Assembly (NCBI GenBank): GCA_036336835.1
Contig: JAYZFK010000098.1
Coordinates: 1 to 33,973, forward strand
DNA: 33,973 nt
Source of the DNA: Myxococcota bacterium
GTDB taxonomy: Bacteria; Myxococcota_A; UBA9160; UBA4427
Direction: 5' to 3'
Shown here: positions 17,319 through 27,706 of the stretch, in pieces
Numbering within the stretch: the first letter of the stretch is position 1
Layout of the letters: every line of letters starts with the position of its first letter
Position numbers and translations under genes: made by a program
The notes under the pieces: generated by a model
Told to the model about the DNA's origin: nothing
Databases searched by the model: none
What the model saw: only the letters and a program-made list of their open reading frames with translations

Positions 17319-17807
17319 ATGTCCGAGTCCCAACGCGTGCCGATTGCGCGTTCGATCATGCAGAAGTCGCTAACCACGCTCTCGCCTGACGACACCTTCT
17401 TCGATGCGATTCGCACCTTCCTCAAGCATCGCATCTCCGGCGCACCCGTGGTCGGTGAAGACGGCGAGCTGCTGGGCATCTGCTCAGAGCTCGACTGTCT
17501 GAAGGTGCTCGCCAGCGGCGAGTACTACCGCGATGACCACCAGGCAGAGGGAACGGTCCGCAGCATGATGTCCACGGAGTACCACTCGGTCGCGCCCCAC
17601 ACGGACATCTACACCCTCGCGCAGCTGTTCGTGAAGCACAACGTGCGACGCTTGCCCGTGATCGAGAACGGTGAGCTGATCGGCCAGCTGAGCCGGCGCG
17701 ACGTGCTGCGCGCAATGGAGAAGTTCGGCGCGAGCCGCGTCGCCCGCCGCCGCTACCCCGACTACCGGGAGCCCGCGTCCGATGTGGGAGCCCGGCGCGG
17801 GAGCTGA
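17319..17807 (+). CDS. CBS-domain (Bateman module) protein
   Basis: ISGAPVV...LLGICSELD and VRRLPVIENGELIGQLSRRD; GGAGG RBS. Confidence 0.92.
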   Translation: MSESQRVPIARSIMQKSLTTLSPDDTFFDAIRTFLKHRISGAPVVGEDGELLGICSELDCLKVLASGEYYRDDHQAEGTVRSMMSTEYHSVAPHTDIYTLAQLFVKHNVRRLPVIENGELIGQLSRRDVLRAMEKFGASRVARRRYPDYREPASDVGARRGS

Positions 17808-17984
17808 TCAAGCCGCTTCGCGCGCGCGTCGCTCACAGGCGCGCCGCTCAGCCTCCGAGCAGGGACAGGCTGAGCTCGCTCCACCGCAAGACCCCCGGAG
17901 GGGCGCACGCCCGAGCAAGCTGCCGATCGACATCGCGACGGTGACCAACCCGAACACGATCAGCGTTGCCACGACTGTCTGCAT
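17808..17984 (-). CDS. nqrM: Na+-NQR maturation protein NqrM
   Basis: 58 aa; N-terminal TM helix, MSIG, LRGSCGG with Cys33 plus three more Cys; lies directly after apbE. Confidence 0.85.
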   Translation of the reverse strand: MQTVVATLIVFGLVTVAMSIGSLLGRAPLRGSCGGASSACPCSEAERRACERRAREAA

Positions 17985-17989
17985 CCCGG

Positions 17990-19075
17990 TCACCGCTCCT
18001 GCGCTGCCAGATGTGGCTCGAAGGCCGGCGTCAGCTGGACCTCGAAGCCGTCCGGTTGCCGCACGATGAAGTACGCCGCGAGCTGCTGCGCGGCGGCTAG
18101 AGCGTAGCCCTCCTCGGGGCCCAGCACATGCAGCGCGGTCGTCCACGCATCGGCCCATGCCGCCTCGGGGTGTACCACCGTCACGGATGCCAGCGAGTGC
18201 TCGATCGGCCGACCCGTCCGCGGATCGATCGTGTGCGAGAAGCGCCGCCCCGCGAGCTGGTAGAAGTTGCGGTAGTCGCCCGATGTCGCCATCGAGGAGT
18301 CGCGCAGCTCGACGATTCGGTGGATCCGGCGCTCGGACGGCTCGGGAACCTCGATCGCAACACGCCAGGGTGCACCGTCGAGATGCCGGCCGCGGGCACG
18401 CAGCTCGCCGCCCACCTCGACCAGGAAATCGCGGTAGCCAAGCCCCGCGAGCGCACGCGCGATCTCGTCGACCGCGTAGCCCTTGGCAACTGCTGACAGA
18501 TCGACACGCAGCGCCGCGGTTCTCTTCGCAAGCGAGCGTCCGTCGGTCCCGAGCACGAGCTGCTGCCAGCCGACCGCCTCGCGCAGCTTCGCGAGCTCGG
18601 CATCGCCCGGCGGGCCGCGCCGCTCGGGGCGCCCAAAGCCCCAGGCGTCCACCAACGGCCCCACCGTGACATCGAGCGCCCCGCCCGAGTGCGCACTCAC
18701 GGCGAGCGCGATCGCCACCACCGCCCCCGTCTCGGAGGCGATTGCGAAGGGCAACTGGGTTGTCGAAGCATTGAAACGGGAGAGCTCGGAATCGTCGCGC
18801 CAGGTCGACATCAGGGCATCCACGCGCTCCAACTGAGCCGCCACCGCGTCGAAGGCTGTGCGGCGCTTCTCCGCGCCGAGCTCGGACGTCGCGAGCTTGA
18901 CCGACCAGGTCGTGCCCAGCGCCGCACCCGAGAGCTCGACGACTGCCCGATCCGGCACCCGACCATACAGGCGCACGCTCGCATAGCCCAGCACGAGCAG
19001 GAGCAGCGGGAGCAGGACCCGCACACGGATCGGCAGCGCGGCACTCGTCCGGGGCGGCGGCCCCGCGTCAGCCAC
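17990..19075 (-). CDS. apbE: FAD:protein FMN transferase ApbE
   Basis: [46 protein letters not shown] and HTIDPRTG. Confidence 0.95.
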   Translation of the reverse strand: MADAGPPPRTSAALPIRVRVLLPLLLLVLGYASVRLYGRVPDRAVVELSGAALGTTWSVKLATSELGAEKRRTAFDAVAAQLERVDALMSTWRDDSELSRFNASTTQLPFAIASETGAVVAIALAVSAHSGGALDVTVGPLVDAWGFGRPERRGPPGDAELAKLREAVGWQQLVLGTDGRSLAKRTAALRVDLSAVAKGYAVDEIARALAGLGYRDFLVEVGGELRARGRHLDGAPWRVAIEVPEPSERRIHRIVELRDSSMATSGDYRNFYQLAGRRFSHTIDPRTGRPIEHSLASVTVVHPEAAWADAWTTALHVLGPEEGYALAAAQQLAAYFIVRQPDGFEVQLTPAFEPHLAAQER

Positions 19076-20300
19076 CGAAATCGTCGAACGCGATGTTCTC
19101 GGGCTCGACCCCGAGATCGTCGAGCATGTTCTGCACGGCTTCGTTCATCATCGGCGGCCCGCACAGGTAGTACTCGCAGTCCTCGGGAGCCGGGTGGTCC
19201 TTCAGGTATTCGTCGTACAGCACCTGGTGGATGAATCCCTCGAGGCCGGTCCAGTGGTCCTCTTCGAGCGGCTCGGAGAGCGCCAGGTGCCACTCGAAGT
19301 TGTCGTTCTCTGCCTCGATCGTGTCGAAGTCCTGGTTGTAGAACGCCTCGCGCAGCGAGCGCGCGCCATACCAGAAGCTCACCTTCCGGTCAGTGTGGAT
19401 GCGCTTGAACTGGTCGTAGATGTGCGAGCGCATCGGAGCCATCCCTGCCCCGCCACCCACGAAGATCATCTCCTTGTCCGTGTCCTTGGCGAAGAACTCG
19501 CCGTACGGCCCCGAGATGGTCACCTCATCGCCGGGCTTCAGGCCGAACATGTAGGAGGACATCACGCCCGGCGGCACGTCGGGCATGCGCGGCGGCGGCG
19601 ACGCGATGCGCACGTTGAGCATGATGATCCCCCGCTCTTCTGGGGAGTTGGCCATCGAGTAGGCGCGATCCTCGGACTCGGTCACCTTGGAGGAGTACTG
19701 CCAGATGTCGAACTTGTTCCAGTCGTCGTGGTACTCCGCCTCGATGTCGAAGTCCGTGTACGCGACCTCGTGCGGGGGGCACTCGATCTGGATGTAGCCG
19801 CCGGCGCGGAACGGAACCGACTCGCCTTCGGGCAGCTCGAGCATCAGCTCCTTGATGAAGGTCGCCACATTGTGGTTCGAGCGGACCTTGCACTTCCACT
19901 GCTTGACGTCGAGAACCTCGGGCGGAACTCGGATCTCCATGTCCTGCTTCACCTTGACCTGACAGGACAGTCGCACGCCGTCACGCGCCTCGCCGCGCGA
20001 GACATGGGACAGCTCGGTCGGCAGAATGGAGCCGCCTCCCTCGCAGACAGTGAGCTTGCAGACGCCACAGGTTCCCTTCCCGCCACAGGCCGACGGCACG
20101 AAGATCTGATTGGCCGCCAGCGTCCCGAGCAACGTCCCCCCACTGCGCGCCTGGATCGCCTGGTCTGGATCCGCATTGATCTGAATCGTCACTGCCCCGC
20201 TGGGGACGAGCCGGGCCTTGGCGAGCAGCAGCACCAACACGAGTGCCAGAATGACGACGGTAAAGCCGATCACGCCCCCAAAAATCGTTACGAAATCCAC
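19068..20300 (-). CDS. nqrF: Na+-translocating NADH:quinone oxidoreductase subunit F
   Basis: N-terminal TM, [2Fe-2S] [12 protein letters not shown]...[26 protein letters not shown] and terminal DDFGG; GTG 20300 overlaps the nqrE stop. Confidence 0.97.
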   Translation of the reverse strand: MDFVTIFGGVIGFTVVILALVLVLLLAKARLVPSGAVTIQINADPDQAIQARSGGTLLGTLAANQIFVPSACGGKGTCGVCKLTVCEGGGSILPTELSHVSRGEARDGVRLSCQVKVKQDMEIRVPPEVLDVKQWKCKVRSNHNVATFIKELMLELPEGESVPFRAGGYIQIECPPHEVAYTDFDIEAEYHDDWNKFDIWQYSSKVTESEDRAYSMANSPEERGIIMLNVRIASPPPRMPDVPPGVMSSYMFGLKPGDEVTISGPYGEFFAKDTDKEMIFVGGGAGMAPMRSHIYDQFKRIHTDRKVSFWYGARSLREAFYNQDFDTIEAENDNFEWHLALSEPLEEDHWTGLEGFIHQVLYDEYLKDHPAPEDCEYYLCGPPMMNEAVQNMLDDLGVEPENIAFDDFGG

Positions 20301-20914
20301 TAGAGCTGGATCCCCGAAAAGGCCATGAAGCCAACCGACATCAGACCGACCACGATGAAGGTGACGCCGAGGCCGCGCAGCGGCTCCGGCACGTTGCTGT
20401 ACTTGAGCTTCTCGCGGATGGCCGCGAGCGCGACGATCGCGAGCGCCCAGCCGATCCCCGAGCCCAGCCCGAACACGGTCGCATCGGCCAGCGAGTAGTT
20501 GCGATCGACCATGAACAGCGACGAGCCGAGGATCGCGCAATTGACCGCAATCAACGGCAAGAAAACGCCCAGCGCGTTGTAGAGGGCCGGTGCGTAGCGA
20601 TCGAGCGTCATTTCGACGATCTGAACGGCCGCGGCAATCGTCCCGATCAACGTCAGGTACGACAGGAAGGACAGGTCGAGATCCGCGGACAAGCCGAGCC
20701 AGGTCAGCGAGCCCGGCCTCAGGAATGCCTCGGTCAGGATCTGGTTCAGCGGCGTCGTGACCGCCAGCACGAAGATGACGGCGAAGCCGAGCCCGATTGC
20801 GGTTTCGACCTTCTTCGAGACGGCCAGGAACGAGCACATCCCCAGAAAGAAGGCCAGGGCCATGTTCTCAACGAATATGGCCCTCGTGGCTAGGCTCAAG
20901 TAGTGCTCCAACAT
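20300..20914 (-). CDS. nqrE: Na+-NQR subunit E
   Basis: [37 protein letters not shown] and FSGIQL. Confidence 0.97.
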   Translation of the reverse strand: MLEHYLSLATRAIFVENMALAFFLGMCSFLAVSKKVETAIGLGFAVIFVLAVTTPLNQILTEAFLRPGSLTWLGLSADLDLSFLSYLTLIGTIAAAVQIVEMTLDRYAPALYNALGVFLPLIAVNCAILGSSLFMVDRNYSLADATVFGLGSGIGWALAIVALAAIREKLKYSNVPEPLRGLGVTFIVVGLMSVGFMAFSGIQL

Positions 20915-21539
20915 GGAACTCCTCCTCGACTTGGTCGGTCTTCCAGCTGCGAACCGCCCAGATGAAGCAACCGATCAAGAAGAACGCTGCGGGCGCCAGG
21001 GTCATGAGGCCGTTCGGTACGTACCAGCCCCCCTCGCTCACGGGCTGCAGCACTGTGATCCCGAAGACCTTGCCGGAACCCAACAATTCGCGCAGGAATG
21101 CGACGCACATCAGGATCAACCCGTATCCGAGACCGTTCCCGACACCGTCGACGAATGACGGCCACGGCTTGTTCTGCATCGCAAACGCCTCGGCGCGGCC
21201 CATGATGATGCAGTTCGTGATGATCAGTCCGACGAATACCGTGAGCTGCTTGCTGATGTCGTAGACGAACGCCTGCAGCACGGAATCGGTGATGATCACC
21301 AGCGAGGCGATGATCGTGAGCTGCACGATGATGCGGATGCTCGGCGGCACGTAGTTTCGGATCAGGCTGACCGACAGATTCGAAAACGCAGTCACGAAGA
21401 CCACGGCAATCGACATCACGAGCGCGGTCTTCATCTGCGTGGTGACGGCCAGCGCCGAGCAGATTCCCAGCACCTGGAGGGCGATCGGATTGTTGTTGAA
21501 TAGCGGATCGAGCAGGTTTTCGCGGTTACCGCCGGCCAT
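20868..21539 (-). CDS. nqrD: Na+-NQR subunit D
   Basis: [38 protein letters not shown] and DGVGNGLGY. Confidence 0.97.
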   Translation of the reverse strand: MAGGNRENLLDPLFNNNPIALQVLGICSALAVTTQMKTALVMSIAVVFVTAFSNLSVSLIRNYVPPSIRIIVQLTIIASLVIITDSVLQAFVYDISKQLTVFVGLIITNCIIMGRAEAFAMQNKPWPSFVDGVGNGLGYGLILMCVAFLRELLGSGKVFGITVLQPVSEGGWYVPNGLMTLAPAAFFLIGCFIWAVRSWKTDQVEEEFHVGALLEPSHEGHIR

Positions 21540-22321
21540 CAGTGGCCTCCTCCGTTGCTGCGCAGCCGAGCCAGATAGGGACCGAAGGCCGCGTCACCGA
21601 GCCAGAAGGCAAGCGTGTTCGTCACTCCTCGGCTCGTGATCGTCGCCCCCGACAGGCCATCGACCTGATTCGGGTCCTGATCGACTGGTCCCGCGACGCC
21701 CTTCTTCACCCGGATCGCGACCCGACCTTCGGCGTCGTGGATCTTGCGACCGGGCCAGAGCGCCTTCCAGCGCGGATTGTCGACCTCGGCACCGAGACCG
21801 GGGGTCTCCTTGTGCTGGTAGAAGGTGATGCCCTTGATCGTGTCCGCGTCAGTCGCCACGGCGAGATAGCCAAACAGCCTGCCCCAGAGCCCCATGCCCT
21901 GGATCGGGAGGATCACGGCATCGACACCACCGTTGTCGCCCTTCACGCGATAAACGACCGACTCCGTTGGAACGCGCCGCACACGCGCCAGGTTGTCGGG
22001 CGCCGGGCTGCTGGTCGCCGGGTCCGCCATCATCGCCTGCTGATCCCAGCCGCTCGCATCGACGCCCGCAGCGTACTCGCCGGTCGCCGTCACGATGATC
22101 TGCGATTCGATGCGCTCGTCGTAGGTCGCCTCGGTCTCGTCGTCTGTGAGCTCGTCCCGCTCGGCGATTCCGGCGAGTGCGAGCACCTGTCTCTGGACGT
22201 CAAGAACTTTATTGCGCTCCCGACGGTCCCGGAGCGACACGTCGGTGACCGCAACGAGCACAGAACAGACGGCACAGACCGCCGCCGCGAACTGCACGAT
22301 ATAGCGGAGACTATGCTCCAC
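21539..22321 (-). CDS. nqrC: Na+-NQR subunit C
   Basis: N-terminal [19 protein letters not shown] and FMN-attachment [10 protein letters not shown]. Confidence 0.96.
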   Translation of the reverse strand: MEHSLRYIVQFAAAVCAVCSVLVAVTDVSLRDRRERNKVLDVQRQVLALAGIAERDELTDDETEATYDERIESQIIVTATGEYAAGVDASGWDQQAMMADPATSSPAPDNLARVRRVPTESVVYRVKGDNGGVDAVILPIQGMGLWGRLFGYLAVATDADTIKGITFYQHKETPGLGAEVDNPRWKALWPGRKIHDAEGRVAIRVKKGVAGPVDQDPNQVDGLSGATITSRGVTNTLAFWLGDAAFGPYLARLRSNGGGH

Positions 22322-23528
22322 TGCGCGCCAGCCGCCGCTTGATGTTCGCCTGCACGACGAAGTGGTCGATCAGCGGTGCAAACATGTTCATGAACAGGAT
22401 CGCGAGCATCATGCCCTCGGGATACGCCGGGTTCACCACCCGAATCAGCACCACGAGTGCGCCGATTCCAAACCCGTAGTAGAAGCGCCCACTCGAGGTG
22501 AAGGCCGACGATACCGGATCGGTTGCCATGAACGTCATGCCGAAGGCCCAGCCACCGAGCACCATGTGCCACCAGAACGGGACCGCGAACATCGGGTTGG
22601 ACTCGGAGCCGACGGCGTTGAGGAACCCCGACAGGACGATCGTGCCGAGCGCGACGCCGCTCACCGTCTGGATCGAGCCGATCCGCGTGATCAGCAAGAC
22701 TGCCAGGCCCAGCAGCGCGCACAGCATCGACGTCTCTCCGAGCGAGCCGGGAATCGTCCCAATGAAGGCCTGGTAGAAGCTCGCGGTCTCCAGCGCACCG
22801 TGCTGGACAGCTGCCTGTGCGAGCCAGGTGGCGCCACTGAACGAGTCCACGCGCACGAAATCCGCTGCAATCCACGGCGTATCGCCGCTCATGTAGGCCG
22901 GATATGCGAAGAACAGGAACGCCCTCGCGGTCAGCGCCGGGTTCAGGAAGTTCATCCCGGTACCGCCGAACACCTCCTTGCCGAAGATCAGGCCGAAGGC
23001 CATGCCGAGCATTACCATCCACAGAGGGATGGTAGGGGGCAGCGTCAGCGGAAGCAGGAACCCCGTCACCAGGAAGCCCTCGTTCACCTCGTGGCCGCGT
23101 AGGATCGCCGTGCCGACCTCGACGATCGCGCCCATCGCAAAGCTCGCGATCAGGATCGGGAGGAAGTAGAGGCCCCCGAACAGCATGCACAGCATGACGC
23201 TACCCGGATCGAAGCCGAGACCGAGCCACGTCCACAGCGCCGTCTGCCAGGTATCGAGCGGGGCCGCGCCCTGCGAGATGGCACGCAGCGCCTGGTAGCC
23301 CGTGTTGTAGTGCGCCCAGACGACGCATGGCAGCAACGCGATCACGACCGTGATCATCATCCGCTTGAGGTCCATGCCGTCGCGCACATGCGGCGCCGTG
23401 CGCGTGACATCGCCCGGCGTGAACATCGCGGTGTCTTGCATTTCCCACAGGGGGTAGAGCTTTTCGAGAGGCCCCCCCTTCGCAAACAGCGGATCCGCCT
23501 TGTCGTGGAGATCGCGCAGGAATTTCAT
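22311..23528 (-). CDS. nqrB: Na+-NQR subunit B
   Basis: HVRDGMDLKRMM, HEVNEGF, KEVFGGTG, FMN site FSGATWL, GSLGETS, FMATDPVS and NPAYPEG; start ATG 23528. Confidence 0.97.
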   Translation of the reverse strand: MKFLRDLHDKADPLFAKGGPLEKLYPLWEMQDTAMFTPGDVTRTAPHVRDGMDLKRMMITVVIALLPCVVWAHYNTGYQALRAISQGAAPLDTWQTALWTWLGLGFDPGSVMLCMLFGGLYFLPILIASFAMGAIVEVGTAILRGHEVNEGFLVTGFLLPLTLPPTIPLWMVMLGMAFGLIFGKEVFGGTGMNFLNPALTARAFLFFAYPAYMSGDTPWIAADFVRVDSFSGATWLAQAAVQHGALETASFYQAFIGTIPGSLGETSMLCALLGLAVLLITRIGSIQTVSGVALGTIVLSGFLNAVGSESNPMFAVPFWWHMVLGGWAFGMTFMATDPVSSAFTSSGRFYYGFGIGALVVLIRVVNPAYPEGMMLAILFMNMFAPLIDHFVVQANIKRRLARSGA

Positions 23529-24907
23529 CAGCCCTCTTTCTCGATCATCTCGAGGTTCCTGCGGAGCAGAGGGCCGTAGTCGGTCTTGCCGGGACAGACG
23601 AAGCTGCAGAGCGCGAGGTCCTCTTCGTCGAGCTCGAGGATCCCGAGCTTCTCCGCCTGCTCGATGTCCCCGACCACGAGCGAACGCAGCAGGAACGTCG
23701 GCAGGATGTCCATCGGCATGACGCGCTCGTACATCCCGATCGGGACCATCGCGCGCGGGGAGCCGTTGGTCGTGGTCGTGAAGGCGAACCGCTTCTTCGG
23801 CAGCAGGCGCGACAGATAGATAGGCAGGCTCGAGAAGGCGTTGACTCCCGCCGTCAGCCACCCCAGGAACACGCGTTCGCGCCCCTCCTCGAGCACCGTG
23901 ATCTGGTTGTGGTAGCGCCCGAGGAACCCGAACACTTCGCCCGAGGCGATCTTGCCCGAGAGCACCGAGCCCGCGATACGGCGCGCCTGGTCGCCGGTCG
24001 GCAGCTCGCCGACCAGGTCGTCGACGCTCGCACCGAGCCGCGTAGCCACGAGCTCGGGCTCCGGCAGTGCGGGGCCAGCCAGCGAGATCACCCGTTCGAC
24101 GTCCAGCCGACCAGTCGCGAGCAGCGCGCCGACCGCGATCACGTCCTGGTAGCCGATCGTCCAGACCGTCTTGTTACGTCCGACCGGATCGATCAGGTGG
24201 ATGTGCAGCCCCGCGTCACCCGCCGGGTGCGGCCCGGCGAAACGTTGTACCTCGACCGGTGCACTGACGTGTGCCGGGATCTCCGAGCTCGCCTGCACGC
24301 ACAGATGCGTCACTCCCTCGGTGAGCTTCGCGATCGCCACGAGACCCAGGTCGAACTCCTCGCGTCGCTGCTCGACCACCACTTCGGGCAAGGGCGCCAG
24401 CGGGTTCGTGTCGATTGCAGTCACGAAGATCGAGCGCGGCGTCGAGGTCGGTGCCGGAACCTTGCTGAATGGCCGCGTGCGCAGCGCCGTCCACTGCCCG
24501 GACTCGACGAGCAGCTCGAGAATCGCGTTGCGTGACAACGAGTTGGGAGCAGCGCCGCTGTAGGACTCGAACGGCTGGAAGTCGTCGTCGATCGGAGCGC
24601 CGTTGCGCTCCGAATCGCTGAGGTGGATCACCACGGATTGCAGCACACGCTTTGCGCCGCGGTTCACGCCCACGACCTGCCCGGCACCCGGAGCGGTGTG
24701 CAACACGCCGGCAGCCTTGGCGTCCTCGAACAGCACCTGGCCGCGCTTCACGCGGTCGCCTTCGCGAACCGTCATCCGCGGCTTCATCCCGGGAAAGTCG
24801 TCCGCCATCACGGCGACGCGAGCTGGGTGTCGCGTGCCGCGGATCACTTGGAGCGCAGCTCCGGTGATCGGGAGATCGAGTCCCTTCTGAATCGAATGCA
24901 GTGCCAT
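23528..24907 (-). CDS. nqrA: Na+-NQR subunit A
   Basis: [38 protein letters not shown] and [18 protein letters not shown]. Confidence 0.97.
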   Translation of the reverse strand: MALHSIQKGLDLPITGAALQVIRGTRHPARVAVMADDFPGMKPRMTVREGDRVKRGQVLFEDAKAAGVLHTAPGAGQVVGVNRGAKRVLQSVVIHLSDSERNGAPIDDDFQPFESYSGAAPNSLSRNAILELLVESGQWTALRTRPFSKVPAPTSTPRSIFVTAIDTNPLAPLPEVVVEQRREEFDLGLVAIAKLTEGVTHLCVQASSEIPAHVSAPVEVQRFAGPHPAGDAGLHIHLIDPVGRNKTVWTIGYQDVIAVGALLATGRLDVERVISLAGPALPEPELVATRLGASVDDLVGELPTGDQARRIAGSVLSGKIASGEVFGFLGRYHNQITVLEEGRERVFLGWLTAGVNAFSSLPIYLSRLLPKKRFAFTTTTNGSPRAMVPIGMYERVMPMDILPTFLLRSLVVGDIEQAEKLGILELDEEDLALCSFVCPGKTDYGPLLRRNLEMIEKEG

Positions 24908-25038
24908 GTCCCGCCGGGTCTTGGGGCGCCGGGATTCTAGGGGCAGAGACCCCGATCGCGCAGCAGGCTGAGAACCCTTTTTCGCACGATTTTCACGCAG
25001 TCATGGAGTGAGCTGCGACCTGCCGCATGCTGGCCTCG

Positions 25039-27393
25039 TCAGGGGCGAGGCGCGCGCAGTCGAAGGATCCCGGTGGTACCCATGAGCACAGCACCGATCA
25101 ACCACACGGGCCACGCAACAGCCGGGGCCGGGGCTCCGTCGGCGTTGAGCACGAAAGCCTCGATCAGGTTCAGCGAACCGCTGCCGCCTGCATCGACGAG
25201 AAACAGCCGGCTGACCGTCAATGCGCCCAGGGTGGTATCCAGTGGATCGAGGTCGATGTAGATGATGGTGGTACGGTTGCCGTGCGGGGGCACATCGAGC
25301 GTATCGACGTCGGCGCCCTGGAGACCACCCGACAGGTTGAGGAACACGAACTCACCGGGTACGACGCTCGCGCCCGCGCGCACGAGGCCGATCTCGACCA
25401 CGATTCCGAAGTCGTCCGACTCGCCGGTCTCGAGGCCACCCAACGCGAGTACGTTCGAGTCCACCAGCGCCAGCTCGAAGCCCCGTTCGCTGACCGCGTT
25501 GCTCAATCCGCTCGCTGGGTTCCCCACGCCGCCCGCAGCGTCGGCAAAGTGCACCGGCTCGATCGGTGTGAAGACCCCGCCCGAGGTACGCACATCCGGG
25601 ATTCCGAGCTCGATTGCCCGCACCGCCGTAAACGAGGCATTGAAGGTACCGGTGTCGTACGTCGTATGCAGAACCCGCTCCGCCGAGCTGACGACGGTGC
25701 TGACCAGGTTGTCGACCCCCGAGGAGGGGTTGATGTAGAACGCCTGGCTGTCGGGCATCCCCTGCTCCAACGTGTCGATCAGCACGGGGTCTCCGAGGTC
25801 CGTCAGCGGATTCAGCAACGTCGCGGCATTGCCGCGGTCGTCGCGTACCACACCCCCCAGATGGGTCGCGACGAACCCCCCGAGAGTCGACTGCACGAAC
25901 TCGTTCGTTCCGCTCAACGGTGGCGCGAGCCCCTGGACCGCGACGAAGGCAGGGGCCTGGAACGGATTCAAGCCGGCATCGAGCCCGCTCGTGGGATTCA
26001 GTACCTGGATCGTTGCGGTCACGGTCTGCAGTGGGTCTACCACCGGAGGATCCGAGAACAGGCGGGTCGCGCTGACGTCGACCACGACGGTCGTGCTCGC
26101 CCCGTTGATCTCACCGGCCTCGACCCTTGCCGCGACCACGGGGAACACGGCCTCCTGCGCCATCGACGAATACAGGGCGGGGCCCGCCGCGACACTGACC
26201 AGACTCGGATTGGCGGGCGTCCGGGGTACCGCAACGACCCGCATGCCGAAGCTGCCGCCGATGTTCGCTCCGAGCATGCCCGGCCCGCCAGTTGTCCCGG
26301 CGAGGACCTGGAACACCTGGAGCGAGTCGTCGGCCAGGCTCAGCTGGGCCGCGTCCGTCGAGAGCGGTGCGAAGCCCGGTGTCGGCACGAACGGACCCAG
26401 CGTCGCGGTCGTGCGGTAGGCCCCCAGCGCATCGGCGACGGGGTTGTCGTTGCCGGGCAGCGCGTCGTCGGTGGTCTTGCCGATATCGGCGAGCAGCAGA
26501 GCGTAGCCCTGGTCCACCTCCTTGAGCTGTGGAACCCGGTTGCTGAATGCGCCCCCCGCGGGCAGCTCCGTCTCGAGGTCGATGTTATTTCCCGTCGGCG
26601 GTGAGTACGGCTGCTTCAGCACGTCGAAATCCGGGTCGTCGTTGGACGCGAAGGCGTCGAGCAGGCTCGACGTGCCCAGCACGCTGCCCGCCGGCAGGTT
26701 CGAGTCGGCATTCGTGACAGGCGGAACGCAGCACGGATCCGCCGCGTCCCAGAGCTGCACGTAGCCCGGGTCGTCACGATCGACGAGCAGGAAGGCACTC
26801 GAACCGTTCTCGAACAGTCCAGCCGAGCGCTCGCCCGCCGAGATGACGGAGATGGCGCTGGGCGTCGGGAAGTTGGTCGTGCCGCTGAACTCGTTGCCGT
26901 TGATCGCGATGAAGGTGAAGTCGGGCGTCGAGGTCACCCCGCCGTCGATCAGTGCCACCCGCGTGGCGGGCGTCCCGACCAGGCCAGTAGGTGGATTCCC
27001 GACATAGTCGACCCAACCGAGCACGACGCTGCCGTTCGGCGGACGCGGCAGCCCGGTGAGGCCGTTGCTCGGATCGAGGTCGAAGGTCGGGAGATCGATC
27101 CGATAGTTCACCAGGCCGAGTTCGGGGGACGAGGTGTCGCCCTCCACCTCGTAGAGCGTCAGGTCGAGCGAGTCCTTGGCCAGTCCGGGGTCGAGGTCTG
27201 CCAGGGTCGGCAGGTAGATCTCGATGTATTCCTGGTGGACATTCGTGAGGTCGCGGCCCAACGGGCCATCGTTCAGCCCAGGCGGGTCCGTATAGACCTC
27301 GGTGATCACTGGATGATCGGGTGCCGCCAACACCGGGAAGGCCAGCACTGTCCAGGCAACACCGAGCGCGACCAATCGAAGCCTGTTGCGCAC
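25039..27393 (-). CDS. Secreted acidic protein (784 aa) with lamin-tail-like N-terminus and a C-terminal sorting-like TM anchor
   Basis: Sec signal (MRNRLRLVALGVAWTVLAFPVLA), PVITEVYTDPPG..D...EYIEIY (LTD-like), and C-terminal APAPAVAWPVWLIGAVLMGTTGILRLR; AGGAG RBS. Confidence 0.85.
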   Translation of the reverse strand: MRNRLRLVALGVAWTVLAFPVLAAPDHPVITEVYTDPPGLNDGPLGRDLTNVHQEYIEIYLPTLADLDPGLAKDSLDLTLYEVEGDTSSPELGLVNYRIDLPTFDLDPSNGLTGLPRPPNGSVVLGWVDYVGNPPTGLVGTPATRVALIDGGVTSTPDFTFIAINGNEFSGTTNFPTPSAISVISAGERSAGLFENGSSAFLLVDRDDPGYVQLWDAADPCCVPPVTNADSNLPAGSVLGTSSLLDAFASNDDPDFDVLKQPYSPPTGNNIDLETELPAGGAFSNRVPQLKEVDQGYALLLADIGKTTDDALPGNDNPVADALGAYRTTATLGPFVPTPGFAPLSTDAAQLSLADDSLQVFQVLAGTTGGPGMLGANIGGSFGMRVVAVPRTPANPSLVSVAAGPALYSSMAQEAVFPVVAARVEAGEINGASTTVVVDVSATRLFSDPPVVDPLQTVTATIQVLNPTSGLDAGLNPFQAPAFVAVQGLAPPLSGTNEFVQSTLGGFVATHLGGVVRDDRGNAATLLNPLTDLGDPVLIDTLEQGMPDSQAFYINPSSGVDNLVSTVVSSAERVLHTTYDTGTFNASFTAVRAIELGIPDVRTSGGVFTPIEPVHFADAAGGVGNPASGLSNAVSERGFELALVDSNVLALGGLETGESDDFGIVVEIGLVRAGASVVPGEFVFLNLSGGLQGADVDTLDVPPHGNRTTIIYIDLDPLDTTLGALTVSRLFLVDAGGSGSLNLIEAFVLNADGAPAPAVAWPVWLIGAVLMGTTGILRLRAPRP

Positions 27394-27417
27394 GCTACAC
27401 TCCTGGCGAAGAGATCT

Positions 27418-27434
27418 AGCAAGAGACGTGCCGA
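27418..27434 (-). promoter_or_regulatory. Sigma54 -24/-12 promoter TCGGCACG-TCTC-TTGCT
   Basis: Matches TGGCACG-N4-TTGCW except for one base; about 25 nt upstream of the 27393 start. Confidence 0.75.
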
Positions 27435-27678
27435 AAGATCGTCAACGAGTGTCAGCGGTCAGCGTAGATGTATGGCGGCCTCCCAGCCCTCTAGAGCCGT
27501 CCGGCGCCCATCGGCTACCGTCCTGTGGACCCTGGGCCCCCTATAAAATGGGGATCGCCGCCCGTCTGAAGGGTCGCCAGCTGGGCGAAAGGGCCCTTCC
27601 ACTCGCCAGATGGCCCAGGGACGGGCTTGGTTCCCGCACTGCCACGCCCGTAGTAGCGGTCGTGGCCCCGATCACCGG

Positions 27679-27694
27679 GGGCACCAAACTTGCG
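27679..27694 (+). promoter_or_regulatory. Sigma54 -24/-12 promoter GGGCAC-CAAAC-TTGCG
   Basis: GG at 27680-81 and GC at 27692-93 with exact 10-nt spacing; 13 nt upstream of the GT4 ATG. Confidence 0.6.
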
Positions 27695-27706
27695 TGCAGG
27701 CCTGCC

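Noticed and set aside
24981..24999. Rex-like operator upstream of nqrA (TGCGTGAAAATCGTGCGAA)
   Set aside because: Only one half-site resembles the consensus; the other half does not form the palindrome.
25027..26604. 525-aa plus-strand ORF
   Set aside because: In-phase antisense shadow of the secreted protein 25039-27393, which has a signal peptide, RBS and promoter.
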